Shown here: in pieces, positions 7,881-15,771 of the stretch
Layout of the letters: each line of letters opens with the position of its first letter
How positions within the stretch are numbered: the first letter of the stretch is position 1
From: Escherichia phage ECO340P1
Sequence record: OP172791
DNA: 64,000 bases
Direction: 5' to 3' (one strand)
The notes under the pieces: generated by a model
Seen by the model: the letters and a program-made list of their open reading frames with translations, nothing else
Told to the model about the DNA's origin: nothing
Databases searched by the model: none
Translations under genes and position numbers: made by a program

Positions 7881-8138
7881 TTAACCACCTTTTTTCAACA
7901 ATTGGCATACTTTGAAAAGACTTGCTGAATCCTTGCAAGGGTAGAAAGATGTACGATAATCACGTACGCCAACCTTGCGGATCTCGATGTTTTCGCATGT
8001 TGTTTGATCAAAGATATTTATTTCATCACGCCCCCTTATATAAACATAGTGGGGATGTATTAACGCATATTTTGCTAATCTGTAAAAAGCGTTATCTTTG
8101 AACGCGATCACGTGACCTTTTAATTTGATGTAAAACAT
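7881..8138 (-). CDS. hypothetical protein (85 aa)
   Basis: ORF with SD AAGGTGG after cassette. Confidence 0.55.
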   Translation of the reverse strand: MFYIKLKGHVIAFKDNAFYRLAKYALIHPHYVYIRGRDEINIFDQTTCENIEIRKVGVRDYRTSFYPCKDSASLFKVCQLLKKGG

Positions 8139-8156
8139 TCTACCACCTTACAAATA

Positions 8157-8212
8157 GCGGGAACTATTCCCGCTTTATGTAACATATTAACAAATTATTC
8201 GTTAATGTCAAG
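8157..8212 (-). promoter_or_regulatory. promoter-hairpin cassette for 7881-8138 and 7322-7879
   Basis: TTGACA 8207-8212, N16, TAATAT 8185-8190, hairpin 8157-8175. Confidence 0.6.
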
Positions 8213-8214
8213 CT

Positions 8215-8487
8215 TTAAAGCAAAAACGCTACATCTTGCGCTTTTAGTGTAGTATCAACCATTTTTGGGCTTTTATAATCAACAAAGCGCGCGGTTTTTT
8301 CAATAGCAAAACCGAGATAATCTTGTTTATTGAATTTACATTCTTTCTTAAATGTTTCCCGCGCCACGGTGATCGCTGCGTCCAGGGATAAACGCCCGTC
8401 AATGTTGATATTTGCGAAAGATCCGCCACCGCTCATAGGTTTACCAGTGGTGCCAGCTACGATCATTGTTGCGCTATATGATGCCAT
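8215..8487 (-). CDS. hypothetical protein (90 aa)
   Basis: Track ORF trimmed to ATG after hairpin and SD AGAGAG. Confidence 0.55.
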   Translation of the reverse strand: MASYSATMIVAGTTGKPMSGGGSFANINIDGRLSLDAAITVARETFKKECKFNKQDYLGFAIEKTARFVDYKSPKMVDTTLKAQDVAFLL

Positions 8488-8509
8488 GATGATAATCTCT
8501 CTGTTGTGA

Positions 8510-8570
8510 GCGGCTGGACCATTCCGCCGCCCTATGTGGTACATCTTATCAGGTTGTTGTTTGTTGTCAA
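8510..8570 (-). promoter_or_regulatory. promoter-hairpin cassette for 8215-8487
   Basis: TTGACA 8565-8570, N16, TAAGAT 8543-8548, GC inverted repeat 8510-8530. Confidence 0.6.
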
Positions 8571-8576
8571 TACTTT

Positions 8577-8774
8577 TTATTCTATTCCTGCAATTTGATT
8601 AACGCGCTTGCATTTTGTAGCGTGCTGGTCTTCTGTAATGACTCCCATTTCTAACAGGGAATCAATGAAAGATAAAACCGTTTCATGATCATCCTGGGGA
8701 TGACTGAACTCAGTAAAACCGTTTACTATTACGTTGATTTGTCCAGCTTTCGCCACAATATGCAATGTTGCCAT
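8577..8774 (-). CDS. hypothetical protein (65 aa; start uncertain, may extend to 8903)
   Basis: ATG 8774 with SD GGAG; long GC-rich leader upstream. Confidence 0.45.
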   Translation of the reverse strand: MATLHIVAKAGQINVIVNGFTEFSHPQDDHETVLSFIDSLLEMGVITEDQHATKCKRVNQIAGIE

Positions 8775-8908
8775 GATCTTAACTCCAGGTGATAAATGAT
8801 GTTTTTTGTTGGTGGACGGTGGATTATGGAGATCCTCACCTTTGCCCGTCCTGCATTGCGCCCTCCTGTTGTTTATTGTCGTTGTGCCGCGCCCCCTCGA
8901 CAAGATGA

Positions 8909-8937
8909 ATACTACGCTACCAGGTGAGGAACGTCAA
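8909..8937 (-). promoter_or_regulatory. sigma70-type promoter for 8577-8774 with long GC-rich leader
   Basis: TTGACG 8932-8937, N17, TAGTAT 8909-8914; ~130 nt leader holds a 6-codon uORF at 8836-8856. Confidence 0.5.
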
Positions 8938-8954
8938 CCACTTTTTCAATCTTT

Positions 8955-8981
8955 TTTATTTTCTTTTTGCTTGCTATATAT
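8955..8981 (+). promoter_or_regulatory. extended -10 promoter for 9047-9313
   Basis: TGcTATATA at 8972-8980; GC hairpin GCGCC-N6-GGCGC 9008-9025 in leader. Confidence 0.35.
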
Positions 8982-9046
8982 AAAGGAAAGGGCTATCATC
9001 TTTCTACCGCGCCAACCAGGGCGCACAACAAAGAAAGGGCGACACC

Positions 9047-9313
9047 ATGACAAATACTACATTACACCTTATGCACTCATTGGGCTGGCAAGGCGGCACG
9101 GTGCACCAGGTAGCAAGCGCAACGGGCTTAAAGGTTGAAACAGTTCTCAACCTGGGCGATCATAAGGTGGAAGAGATAGATCATTTTGATACGTTCGCAA
9201 ATGGTTATCTATGGGCTTGCAGTGGCGGCGGGGAAAGCAAGATACCACCAGGGGCGCGGGGCGATATGTATTTTTGGTTAGGTGTCCTATCCTGGCAAGA
9301 AAACAAAAAATAA
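9047..9313 (+). CDS. hypothetical protein (88 aa)
   Basis: ORF with SD AAAGGG; extended -10 promoter and GC hairpin upstream. Confidence 0.5.
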   Translation: MTNTTLHLMHSLGWQGGTVHQVASATGLKVETVLNLGDHKVEEIDHFDTFANGYLWACSGGGESKIPPGARGDMYFWLGVLSWQENKK

Positions 9314-9314
9314 T

Positions 9315-9343
9315 CTTGACAAGCCCAGGGATCGGGCTTATAC
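9315..9343 (+). promoter_or_regulatory. strong sigma70-type promoter reading into non-coding region
   Basis: TTGACA 9315-9320, N17, TATACT 9338-9343; spacer is itself a dyad AGCCC..GGGCT. Confidence 0.6.
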
Positions 9344-9559
9344 TGTTTTACATACAGAAGAGGAAGCGCCACCCCACGGCGTAAAGGCGGGGCTAACATA
9401 CCAGGGGGCACTGGTTGGAAGGTTGATCGCCGGTAGGCTGGGCGCTATATATTTGTAAAGAAATGTAAAGATAAAATAATCGCTTGCTTTCCTGGCTGGA
9501 TCTGTTATTCTTATTACATGGCGAGGGGACACGGGAGCGCGAGACAAACACCGCCCCTG

Positions 9560-9945
9560 CGCGTCATTCTCTAAATGAGAATGATTATCATTTACCTTAT
9601 CAAATAAGAATCAATCTCATTTATAAACCTAAATGCGAATCATTATCATTTGCATTTCCATATGAGAACTCTTCTCATTCTCATCTGCATAAATTTTTGT
9701 AAACTTTAAATTTTGCTTTTGTACTTTCATTTTTGTAAAAGCAAAAAAACTTTAAATACTGTGGGCGCGCAAAATTTTTAAAATTTTCCTTGACTTTTGA
9801 GTTTTGTTTTGTATCTGACATTTTAAGATAATTTTCCTAAACTTTAAATTTTGGTTTTCAACTTTCACTTTTGTAAATTCTTAAAAAGTTTAAATAATTT
9901 GAGGGATTTTTGAGATAATAGGTAATGGGAATTTGAGATAACCTT
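9560..9945. repeat. AT-rich non-coding region with direct repeats (candidate replication origin)
   Basis: ~42 bp direct repeat at 9698-9741 and 9837-9880; ATGAGAATGATTATCATTT-like repeats at 9575-9685; TTTGAGATAA twice at 9909-9941. Confidence 0.45.
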
Positions 9946-10038
9946 TAATCTTATTGGCAGACCTTCAGGAACCCACTCAGATCGAATCCTAGTGATGCAA
10001 ACTGAAAAAGATAAGTGTTTGTATAAGACAAAATAACA

Positions 10039-10070
10039 GGCTCTCTACGGTGCTGTAGGAGCCTTATTTC
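10039..10070. terminator. bidirectional rho-independent terminator
   Basis: GGCTC..GAGCC stem with T-runs on both strands; ends leftward operon after NADAR gene. Confidence 0.55.
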
Positions 10071-10119
10071 TGTGCTACAAAGTGACACCTTTGTTCTAAA
10101 AATGAAAAAAGTTAAAATA

Positions 10120-10662
10120 TCACAAATATCGTCTTTGCGGTATTTTGTCTGGGAAAAGTATTTCGATCAGTTTGTTATGATATTTGCCTAAAAGATTCTG
10201 CCCTTTCCAGGTGGCAGGGTTTAGCACCCCTGGTTCATACATCCCCATTCCAATTCCGTAAACCTTATCGTAGGGGCTTGCTTCAACAAACGTTTTGTAT
10301 TGGTAAAGGTGTAAGTCTGCATACAAATCTGGATTCTGTACATATTTCAAGCATAAACCTCGCATAACAATACGCTCACGGTTCTCTTCCCATACGTTGT
10401 TATCAAAATCCGACACTGCCCTACCCATACGTTTGTAATAAGCTTGTTTCCTCTCGTTGTCACGTATAGTCGAGTGATCAAGGATAGCTGCTGCAATCGC
10501 ATGATCCTTGAACAGCAAAGCCTTACGCCACATCATATATTGCTCAACACAACAGAAAGTCTCATTGTAACCTGGTTCGGTTTCTGTAAAGGGTGCAATA
10601 TACCAATTACTAAAAACATCTTTATGTGAAAAGAAGAATACATAATCATCCGTTATTCGCAT
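10120..10662 (-). CDS. NADAR (DUF1768, YbiA-like) domain protein
   Basis: Motifs FSNW, CVEQYMMWRKALLF, MGR, SPYDKVYGIGMG, WKGQNLLG align with NADAR family pattern. Confidence 0.8.
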   Translation of the reverse strand: MRITDDYVFFFSHKDVFSNWYIAPFTETEPGYNETFCCVEQYMMWRKALLFKDHAIAAAILDHSTIRDNERKQAYYKRMGRAVSDFDNNVWEENRERIVMRGLCLKYVQNPDLYADLHLYQYKTFVEASPYDKVYGIGMGMYEPGVLNPATWKGQNLLGKYHNKLIEILFPDKIPQRRYL

Positions 10663-10837
10663 TTTTCACACTCTCCAAAATTTCACGTTGCCCTTTCTGA
10701 TAGGCTTTCATCAGGACCACTTTAAGGTTTGTCTCCAAAAGATCTTCATTGTAGTTATACCGCTCCACAACATATGTCAATTCATCATAAAGATCAAGAA
10801 CGGGGTAGAATACAGGGTTATCTGCTAAACGTGCCAT
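10646..10837 (-). CDS. hypothetical protein (63 aa)
   Basis: ATG 10837 with SD AAAGGAGAAA; first ATG at 10873 lies inside upstream gene. Confidence 0.45.
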   Translation of the reverse strand: MARLADNPVFYPVLDLYDELTYVVERYNYNEDLLETNLKVVLMKAYQKGQREILESVKNANNG

Positions 10838-10850
10838 AGTTTCTCCTTTG

Positions 10851-11216
10851 TTAATCCATCCACCAGTAGCCATAAACTGCGTCTGCGTCGATGAGTTTGT
10901 GTTTGTTGTTCCGCATGTAGTCTAAGATAAGTAGACGTTTATTGTATCTGGAGAGATTATGACCCTCTTTTCCGCCATAGTCAAAATATTTTGCAAGATC
11001 TTTGCACTCAAACAAAATTAGTTCAGGAGTTTCTTCACACTGGTCTGTCTGGTACACTTGACGAATGATCATGTATACATCGTCGTCTTCCGCTAAATGC
11101 TCTACTGGTCCACATCCAGCAGGAACAAATTCATAGTCCCATCGAATCAGATGTTTCTCTACTGCTTCAAAGAAATCCATCCTTTCGTTGCGCATAATTT
11201 GAACGTCAACTAACAT
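10851..11216 (-). CDS. hypothetical protein (121 aa)
   Basis: ORF with SD ACAGGAGAAAA. Confidence 0.55.
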   Translation of the reverse strand: MLVDVQIMRNERMDFFEAVEKHLIRWDYEFVPAGCGPVEHLAEDDDVYMIIRQVYQTDQCEETPELILFECKDLAKYFDYGGKEGHNLSRYNKRLLILDYMRNNKHKLIDADAVYGYWWMD

Positions 11217-12412
11217 GTTTTCTCCTGTAATGTTCCACCATAAAGTTTATAAATGTTTTGTATTGAGGCCATGCAAGATAACTCTACTGTTTCTGTGTAG
11301 CCATCTGGCATAGCATATTTGCTCACTGCTTCCGTGTGAAGGACACGCTTACAACGCTTCTCTGCATCTTTGCATTGCTTCACAGTAGGGAAGTGCCACA
11401 CTTGGACCTGTTTCATAGTAAACACATTACGACTATTTTGTTTTTTGATACGGCGATCACTATTATTGGCAATTCCAAATTTCAAAGCACAGAGAATACC
11501 TTGTTCATCATGAATGTGGTTAATGTAACATTGTTGTTGTGTCTGGTTAGCACATTGCGGACAACCAGTGCCATGATTTAACAAACCACTGGCACGTCCT
11601 ATTTGTACCCCATGTTTCTTACATCCATATTTAAACTTACCTAATCTTACAGACGGTTTCCCGATCCAACCTACCCAGATATACCCTTTCCTTTCTACTG
11701 CCTTTTTTACCCTATAGGTAATCTGTGCTTCTGTGTAATGACAATTAGTTGCACAACGGCAAGGAATCTTCCCTTGTTTAAGGTCATTCCCTGCGACATA
11801 AAACTTACCATCACACACCCCAGCTTGCACATACTCATCGTGAGAGCAGGCAGGACACTCTACACACCATAAAGAATCGCGGCCTCGTTTTTTATCTGTT
11901 TTAGTGAAGATTGTACCCTCTTTAAACTTTCCTGTATTAATGAAGTCTTGTATGTGCTGATCGTCTGGAAGTATTTTAGAATTCCTAGATCTTTTGTTAC
12001 CGCATTTAGGACAACCACTACCACCCTTAAGATTATGAAATGTTAATGTTCGCCATTCCCCGTGCTCAGGACAAAGGTTGATCATCTTTGTATGTACACC
12101 TATAAACTCTCCATTAATGCCTAAAATCTTGATTCCCTTAGCTTCAGCAATAGGTTTACATTCCGAAAGGTAATAATCTAGGTTTTTACTGTTGTCTTGT
12201 CTTGCTTTCTCATTTTTGCACCTAGGGCAACCAGACTTACCACGTTTAAAATTGGCAAATGTGGATGTTCTCCACTCCCCATGATTAGGGCAGAAGTTGA
12301 TCATCTTCGTGTGCACACCTTTAAATGGCTCTACAATCCCTATAATCTCATATCCTTTAGCTTCCGCTATTGGTTTACATTCTCCTATATACTGTTCTAA
12401 CGTCTTCGCCAT
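11210..12412 (-). CDS. Cys-rich protein with duplicated Zn-ribbon modules, possible homing-endonuclease-like
   Basis: Two repeats ECKPIAEAKG...CPxHGEWRT...GCPxC; C-terminal KFGIANNSDRR resembles T5orf172/GIY-YIG-like motif. Confidence 0.5.
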   Translation of the reverse strand: MAKTLEQYIGECKPIAEAKGYEIIGIVEPFKGVHTKMINFCPNHGEWRTSTFANFKRGKSGCPRCKNEKARQDNSKNLDYYLSECKPIAEAKGIKILGINGEFIGVHTKMINLCPEHGEWRTLTFHNLKGGSGCPKCGNKRSRNSKILPDDQHIQDFINTGKFKEGTIFTKTDKKRGRDSLWCVECPACSHDEYVQAGVCDGKFYVAGNDLKQGKIPCRCATNCHYTEAQITYRVKKAVERKGYIWVGWIGKPSVRLGKFKYGCKKHGVQIGRASGLLNHGTGCPQCANQTQQQCYINHIHDEQGILCALKFGIANNSDRRIKKQNSRNVFTMKQVQVWHFPTVKQCKDAEKRCKRVLHTEAVSKYAMPDGYTETVELSCMASIQNIYKLYGGTLQEKTC

Positions 12413-12456
12413 CTTTATCTATCCTCTCTCCCTATAAGTCTGAAGTCAATATAACA

Positions 12457-12476
12457 AAACCCGCCGAAGCGGGTTT
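12457..12476. terminator. terminator hairpin (internal to leftward operon)
   Basis: AAACCCGC-CGAA-GCGGGTTT followed by T-rich sequence on both strands. Confidence 0.55.
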
Positions 12477-12492
12477 AGTTATTTGTGCTGTA

Positions 12493-13632
12493 TCAGAACA
12501 CGCTACCCAGTGTAGTGGAACGTTGTGTTACAGGCTCCAGCACCACTCGCAGAGTGTTTCCTGGTGTAGTGCTCATCACCAGAATCTTACCACCTTCAAT
12601 CAGATCACAAGTTAGACCATCAGCAGTTGCACACAGATCAATATGTGGATCGCCATCTTCATCCAGGATAACATAACTGTTGGTTTCCATTGCTTCCACT
12701 TCATCATCTTTCAAACTTTGTAGATAGATGTTCAGGGAACAAGCACCCGACAAAAACTTAGTAGGGGTGAAGTCGTGCCAGTTATTGATCCAATTCACCT
12801 TCAAGGTTTTGCCATTAGCTACGATAGAAGCCACATTCCATTTAGCATCGTTCCCTAAAGAAATACCCATCATTTCAAGACATTCTTTAAAAGTCATTTT
12901 TGGATAGAAATTCAATTCTTCTACAATGCCTTGAATAACATCGAAAGACAACTCTGTGCTAACATCCCATAAACGTTGGAAGTTATCTACGTGCTTTTTA
13001 TTTACCAAGTTCTTATCCAAGTAATCTAACATAGTTTCACTAGATAGTTTATCGTAATTGAAACTGTAGTAGATACGACTAGGACGGTTTACAAAATATT
13101 CCGAGATATAGCCACTATTTTTAGTGAGGATGTAAAGTTTATTCCCACTTCCTGTTCCATCCAACAAGGTCAACAGTGCTTCCTGATCTTCTTTCTTAGC
13201 GTACACTTTATCAAATTCGTCAAATAAAACAACAGCACGATCTGTAATTTTACTCATAAATTCTAAGAAGCCAGCATCTGTGTAAGGCTGTGTAACCAAA
13301 ATGGTTGGAATACCTAAACCTTCTGTGGACATTAGAGACATGCTAATCAGTTTAGCTAACATCGTCTTACCACTGCCCTTTGTCCCTGTCAGTAACACCC
13401 CAGTATTTTTACCTTCTTTACTACGACGAGCAAATGTTTTAATAACATGTGCGGCGCGGTCTTTAGTTTCCCCATAAAGAGTGTTCGGAAGAGAGAAACT
13501 TTCGCCACGCACTAAAGAGTAGTTACCGTGCGGATCGCAGTTGACAACCCAAACTCCAGCAGGAAGTTTATTAGCTTCAACACCATATTCCTTATTTACA
13601 ACAGCCACATCTCCAAAAATAGTGTATTTCAT
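12493..13632 (-). CDS. AAA+ ATPase
   Basis: Walker A GTKGSGKT and Walker B VVLFDEFD; unknown C-terminal domain. Confidence 0.65.
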   Translation of the reverse strand: MKYTIFGDVAVVNKEYGVEANKLPAGVWVVNCDPHGNYSLVRGESFSLPNTLYGETKDRAAHVIKTFARRSKEGKNTGVLLTGTKGSGKTMLAKLISMSLMSTEGLGIPTILVTQPYTDAGFLEFMSKITDRAVVLFDEFDKVYAKKEDQEALLTLLDGTGSGNKLYILTKNSGYISEYFVNRPSRIYYSFNYDKLSSETMLDYLDKNLVNKKHVDNFQRLWDVSTELSFDVIQGIVEELNFYPKMTFKECLEMMGISLGNDAKWNVASIVANGKTLKVNWINNWHDFTPTKFLSGACSLNIYLQSLKDDEVEAMETNSYVILDEDGDPHIDLCATADGLTCDLIEGGKILVMSTTPGNTLRVVLEPVTQRSTTLGSVF

Positions 13633-13988
13633 TAGAACGTTTCTCCTTTTAAAATAATTACTGTAAACTTTGCAGTTTTTTCACTCTTAATATTCTTGAC
13701 TAATAAGTACTCTCCTCCAGGGGCATCTTTGTATTGTTTAATAGCTACTATTTCATTTTTGCAAGTAGCTATAATCGAATAAAAAGGACGTTCCGTGTTA
13801 TCTTCTTTTCCTGTATATGCCTCAACATCTTGGCACTCTTCCAGAACACCATTTCCAGGTGTATAGTAAAATTTGTTGCCTGTGATCACAACATCTTTAC
13901 CAATATCTGTTTTAACTGCTACAAATTTTTGAGCGTAAGTGGTGAAGCTTACGGTAGCCAGCAATGTGGCTAAGATTAGTTTTTTCAT
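13632..13988 (-). CDS. secreted or periplasmic protein (118 aa)
   Basis: ATG 13988 with SD GGAGGGAAG; signal peptide MKKLILATLLATVSFTTYA. Confidence 0.55.
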   Translation of the reverse strand: MKKLILATLLATVSFTTYAQKFVAVKTDIGKDVVITGNKFYYTPGNGVLEECQDVEAYTGKEDNTERPFYSIIATCKNEIVAIKQYKDAPGGEYLLVKNIKSEKTAKFTVIILKGETF

Positions 13989-13999
13989 AAACTTCCCTC

Positions 14000-14164
14000 C
14001 TATTCCCACAACATACAAATCGCAGCGATAAACATATTAGCAATAGCCGCACCAAGAACTATAAACATCGCCAGTTCTGAACAATATTCACCAACCAGAG
14101 GAGATACTATTGCACAAAGTAGTCCCAATGTCAAACACAAATTGATGATGAAGTTTAAAATCAT
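14000..14164 (-). CDS. small membrane protein (54 aa)
   Basis: Unlisted ORF with SD AAGGAGAGAAT; two hydrophobic segments. Confidence 0.4.
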   Translation of the reverse strand: MILNFIINLCLTLGLLCAIVSPLVGEYCSELAMFIVLGAAIANMFIAAICMLWE

Positions 14165-14173
14165 ATTCTCTCC

Positions 14174-14338
14174 TTACAACCAACCCTTTGCCTGGTAGCC
14201 TTTAGAAAATCCATTTTCCCATTCTTCGAATTCCTTTTTGTGTGTCATTGGACAGTATGGATTTACTTTATTAAACATACCAAACTTGAACCCTGCGGTA
14301 TACCCTTTCTTAAAAGCTATTGATTCTAAAGAGATCAT
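14174..14338 (-). CDS. hypothetical protein (54 aa)
   Basis: ATG 14338 with SD AAGAGGAGAAA (track start is TTG). Confidence 0.45.
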   Translation of the reverse strand: MISLESIAFKKGYTAGFKFGMFNKVNPYCPMTHKKEFEEWENGFSKGYQAKGWL

Positions 14339-14351
14339 ATTCTTTCTCCTC

Positions 14352-14603
14352 TTAGAACTCGACAATGATTTTGTCTAAGTGTTCTGCTTCAACTTGGGAT
14401 AATGTTAACACCTGCACCAAACCTCTGTCAATGCCTAATTTGATCACTTGCAAATAATCACCGAAAAGATCAGAGATTTCAATCTGGTGTTCAGTAACCA
14501 CCACGACCTCGTTACCCTTGGTATACTCTCTCCAGATTCGTCCACACTTGTAAATGAAATCTTTCTGGTCTTCACTGATCATCTTAGGCTTAACGCTTAA
14601 CAT
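14352..14603 (-). CDS. hypothetical protein (83 aa)
   Basis: ORF with SD GGGAG; TAATG overlap with upstream gene. Confidence 0.55.
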   Translation of the reverse strand: MLSVKPKMISEDQKDFIYKCGRIWREYTKGNEVVVVTEHQIEISDLFGDYLQVIKLGIDRGLVQVLTLSQVEAEHLDKIIVEF

Positions 14604-14941
14604 TACATACTCCCGTATTCTGGTTCAATATTATGTTTACGACAAATGGTATCCCAACGTTCATTACCAAAACTTCTTCCATGTAGAGCGTTAAATGCGA
14701 AATGCTCTGCCAACCACAATACTACATCATCAGGATCTGTGTCAAGAGGAATTCTAAACTCTCGATCATAACGCATACGCAGAATAAAATCCTTATCATC
14801 TTCAAGGAGATACATGTGACTTTTAGCCCGTGATGCCAAATCAAAGAAAGGAGGCTCATCTTTCCAAACGTGACGCTCAACTTCAACACCATGATCAACT
14901 ACCAGAGTAGCGATCACCTCTCTCATTTCTTTACTAAACAT
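14603..14941 (-). CDS. hypothetical protein (112 aa)
   Basis: ATG 14941 with SD GGAGGT (track start is TTG). Confidence 0.55.
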   Translation of the reverse strand: MFSKEMREVIATLVVDHGVEVERHVWKDEPPFFDLASRAKSHMYLLEDDKDFILRMRYDREFRIPLDTDPDDVVLWLAEHFAFNALHGRSFGNERWDTICRKHNIEPEYGSM

Positions 14942-14951
14942 ATTACCTCCA

Positions 14952-15128
14952 TTAACCAATTAGTTCAACTGCTTTGCAGATGTAGATCCAAACCGGAGTG
15001 AGCATAAGAGCTATACCGAATGCACAATTCCACTTAATTCCCATTTCCTCTATTAGAGACATGATTAAGCCAACAGCACTAATAATCAAATAGATCCCTA
15101 AGAAAGCCATTGTGAAGAATTCAGACAT
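14952..15128 (-). CDS. small membrane protein (58 aa)
   Basis: ATG 15128 with SD TGGAG; hydrophobic. Confidence 0.45.
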   Translation of the reverse strand: MSEFFTMAFLGIYLIISAVGLIMSLIEEMGIKWNCAFGIALMLTPVWIYICKAVELIG

Positions 15129-15130
15129 AT

Positions 15131-15487
15131 TTAACTCCAAAGATTATCAAAATAACTAGCGAATAAAAGACGGCCCTCTAATCGTGCCTTCCTTTGATCT
15201 TCAGCATACACGATTTCTGGATTACCACTATCAATAAAAGCATTCTCCATCTTTTCTAAAATATTTAACCACTCTCTTCTACCTGTCTCCTCTTCTTCAT
15301 CTGTATACGGCGCACTTCTATTTGGATACAAAACACGCATCAGTTTAGTGGGGATCATGACAAACGTGCTATTGTTTGCCTTCTCACGGAAGGCTTTAAT
15401 TCCTGCATAGATTACCTTCCCCAAAGCTGCATCCAAATCCATCAGGTCACTTTCTTCTATTTGAATTTCATCGTGTACAATTTTCAT
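15131..15487 (-). CDS. hypothetical protein (118 aa)
   Basis: ORF with SD GGGAGAAGG; ATGA overlap upstream. Confidence 0.55.
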   Translation of the reverse strand: MKIVHDEIQIEESDLMDLDAALGKVIYAGIKAFREKANNSTFVMIPTKLMRVLYPNRSAPYTDEEEETGRREWLNILEKMENAFIDSGNPEIVYAEDQRKARLEGRLLFASYFDNLWS

Positions 15488-15771
15488 CGTGCCTTCTCCC
15501 GATCTGCATCTAATTTCAACAAGAAAGCTGTATACTCTTCCGAACCTTGGTGTAAAAACATGTGATAAGAGCTTACCAGTTTCTTCGTTGTCGTATAACG
15601 TTCCATTTCCCCAACAACACCTCCACCTAGTGTGTAGAGCACAATACCTTCAACTCCAACATGTGTTACTACTTCAACCAAATCTGTGTTATCCCAATAG
15701 TAGTTAGGTGACACAATAAGATCGCCCACTGCCAGTTTAATGTTTGCTACTTCATCTTGTGAATAATACAT
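15484..15771 (-). CDS. hypothetical protein (95 aa)
   Basis: ATG 15771 with SD AGAGAGGAGAA. Confidence 0.5.
   Translation of the reverse strand: MYYSQDEVANIKLAVGDLIVSPNYYWDNTDLVEVVTHVGVEGIVLYTLGGGVVGEMERYTTTKKLVSSYHMFLHQGSEEYTAFLLKLDADREKAR

Noticed and set aside
1482-8544. N-terminal extensions of track ORFs beginning MYHIGRRN, MYLVGRQW, MVPRPFEDA and similar
   Set aside because: These residues are the translation of the conserved UTR hairpin and promoter; real starts are the ATG downstream of the hairpin with a Shine-Dalgarno. Several track starts are also GTG or TTG codons lacking a ribosome-binding site.
98-8570. Regularly spaced short GC-rich repeats that could be taken for a CRISPR array
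   Set aside because: Repeats are hairpins embedded in promoter cassettes, spacing is irregular (100-700 bp) and the intervening sequence is protein-coding with Shine-Dalgarno sites; repeats are not identical.
8806-9138. 110 aa plus-strand ORF
   Set aside because: Spans divergent promoters and overlaps the better-supported gene 9047-9313 in another frame; no ribosome-binding site.
9960-10010. tRNA-like T-loop motif (GATCGAATCC) in the non-coding region
   Set aside because: No acceptor stem, D-arm or anticodon arm could be folded around it by eye; no cloverleaf anywhere in the window. A tRNA scan would settle it.
12413-12452. T7-promoter-like sequence on the minus strand (GACTTCAGACTTATAGGGAGAGA)
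   Set aside because: Resemblance is limited to the TATAGGGAGA core, which here doubles as the Shine-Dalgarno of gene 11210-12412; no single-subunit RNA polymerase gene is in the window and no other copies occur.
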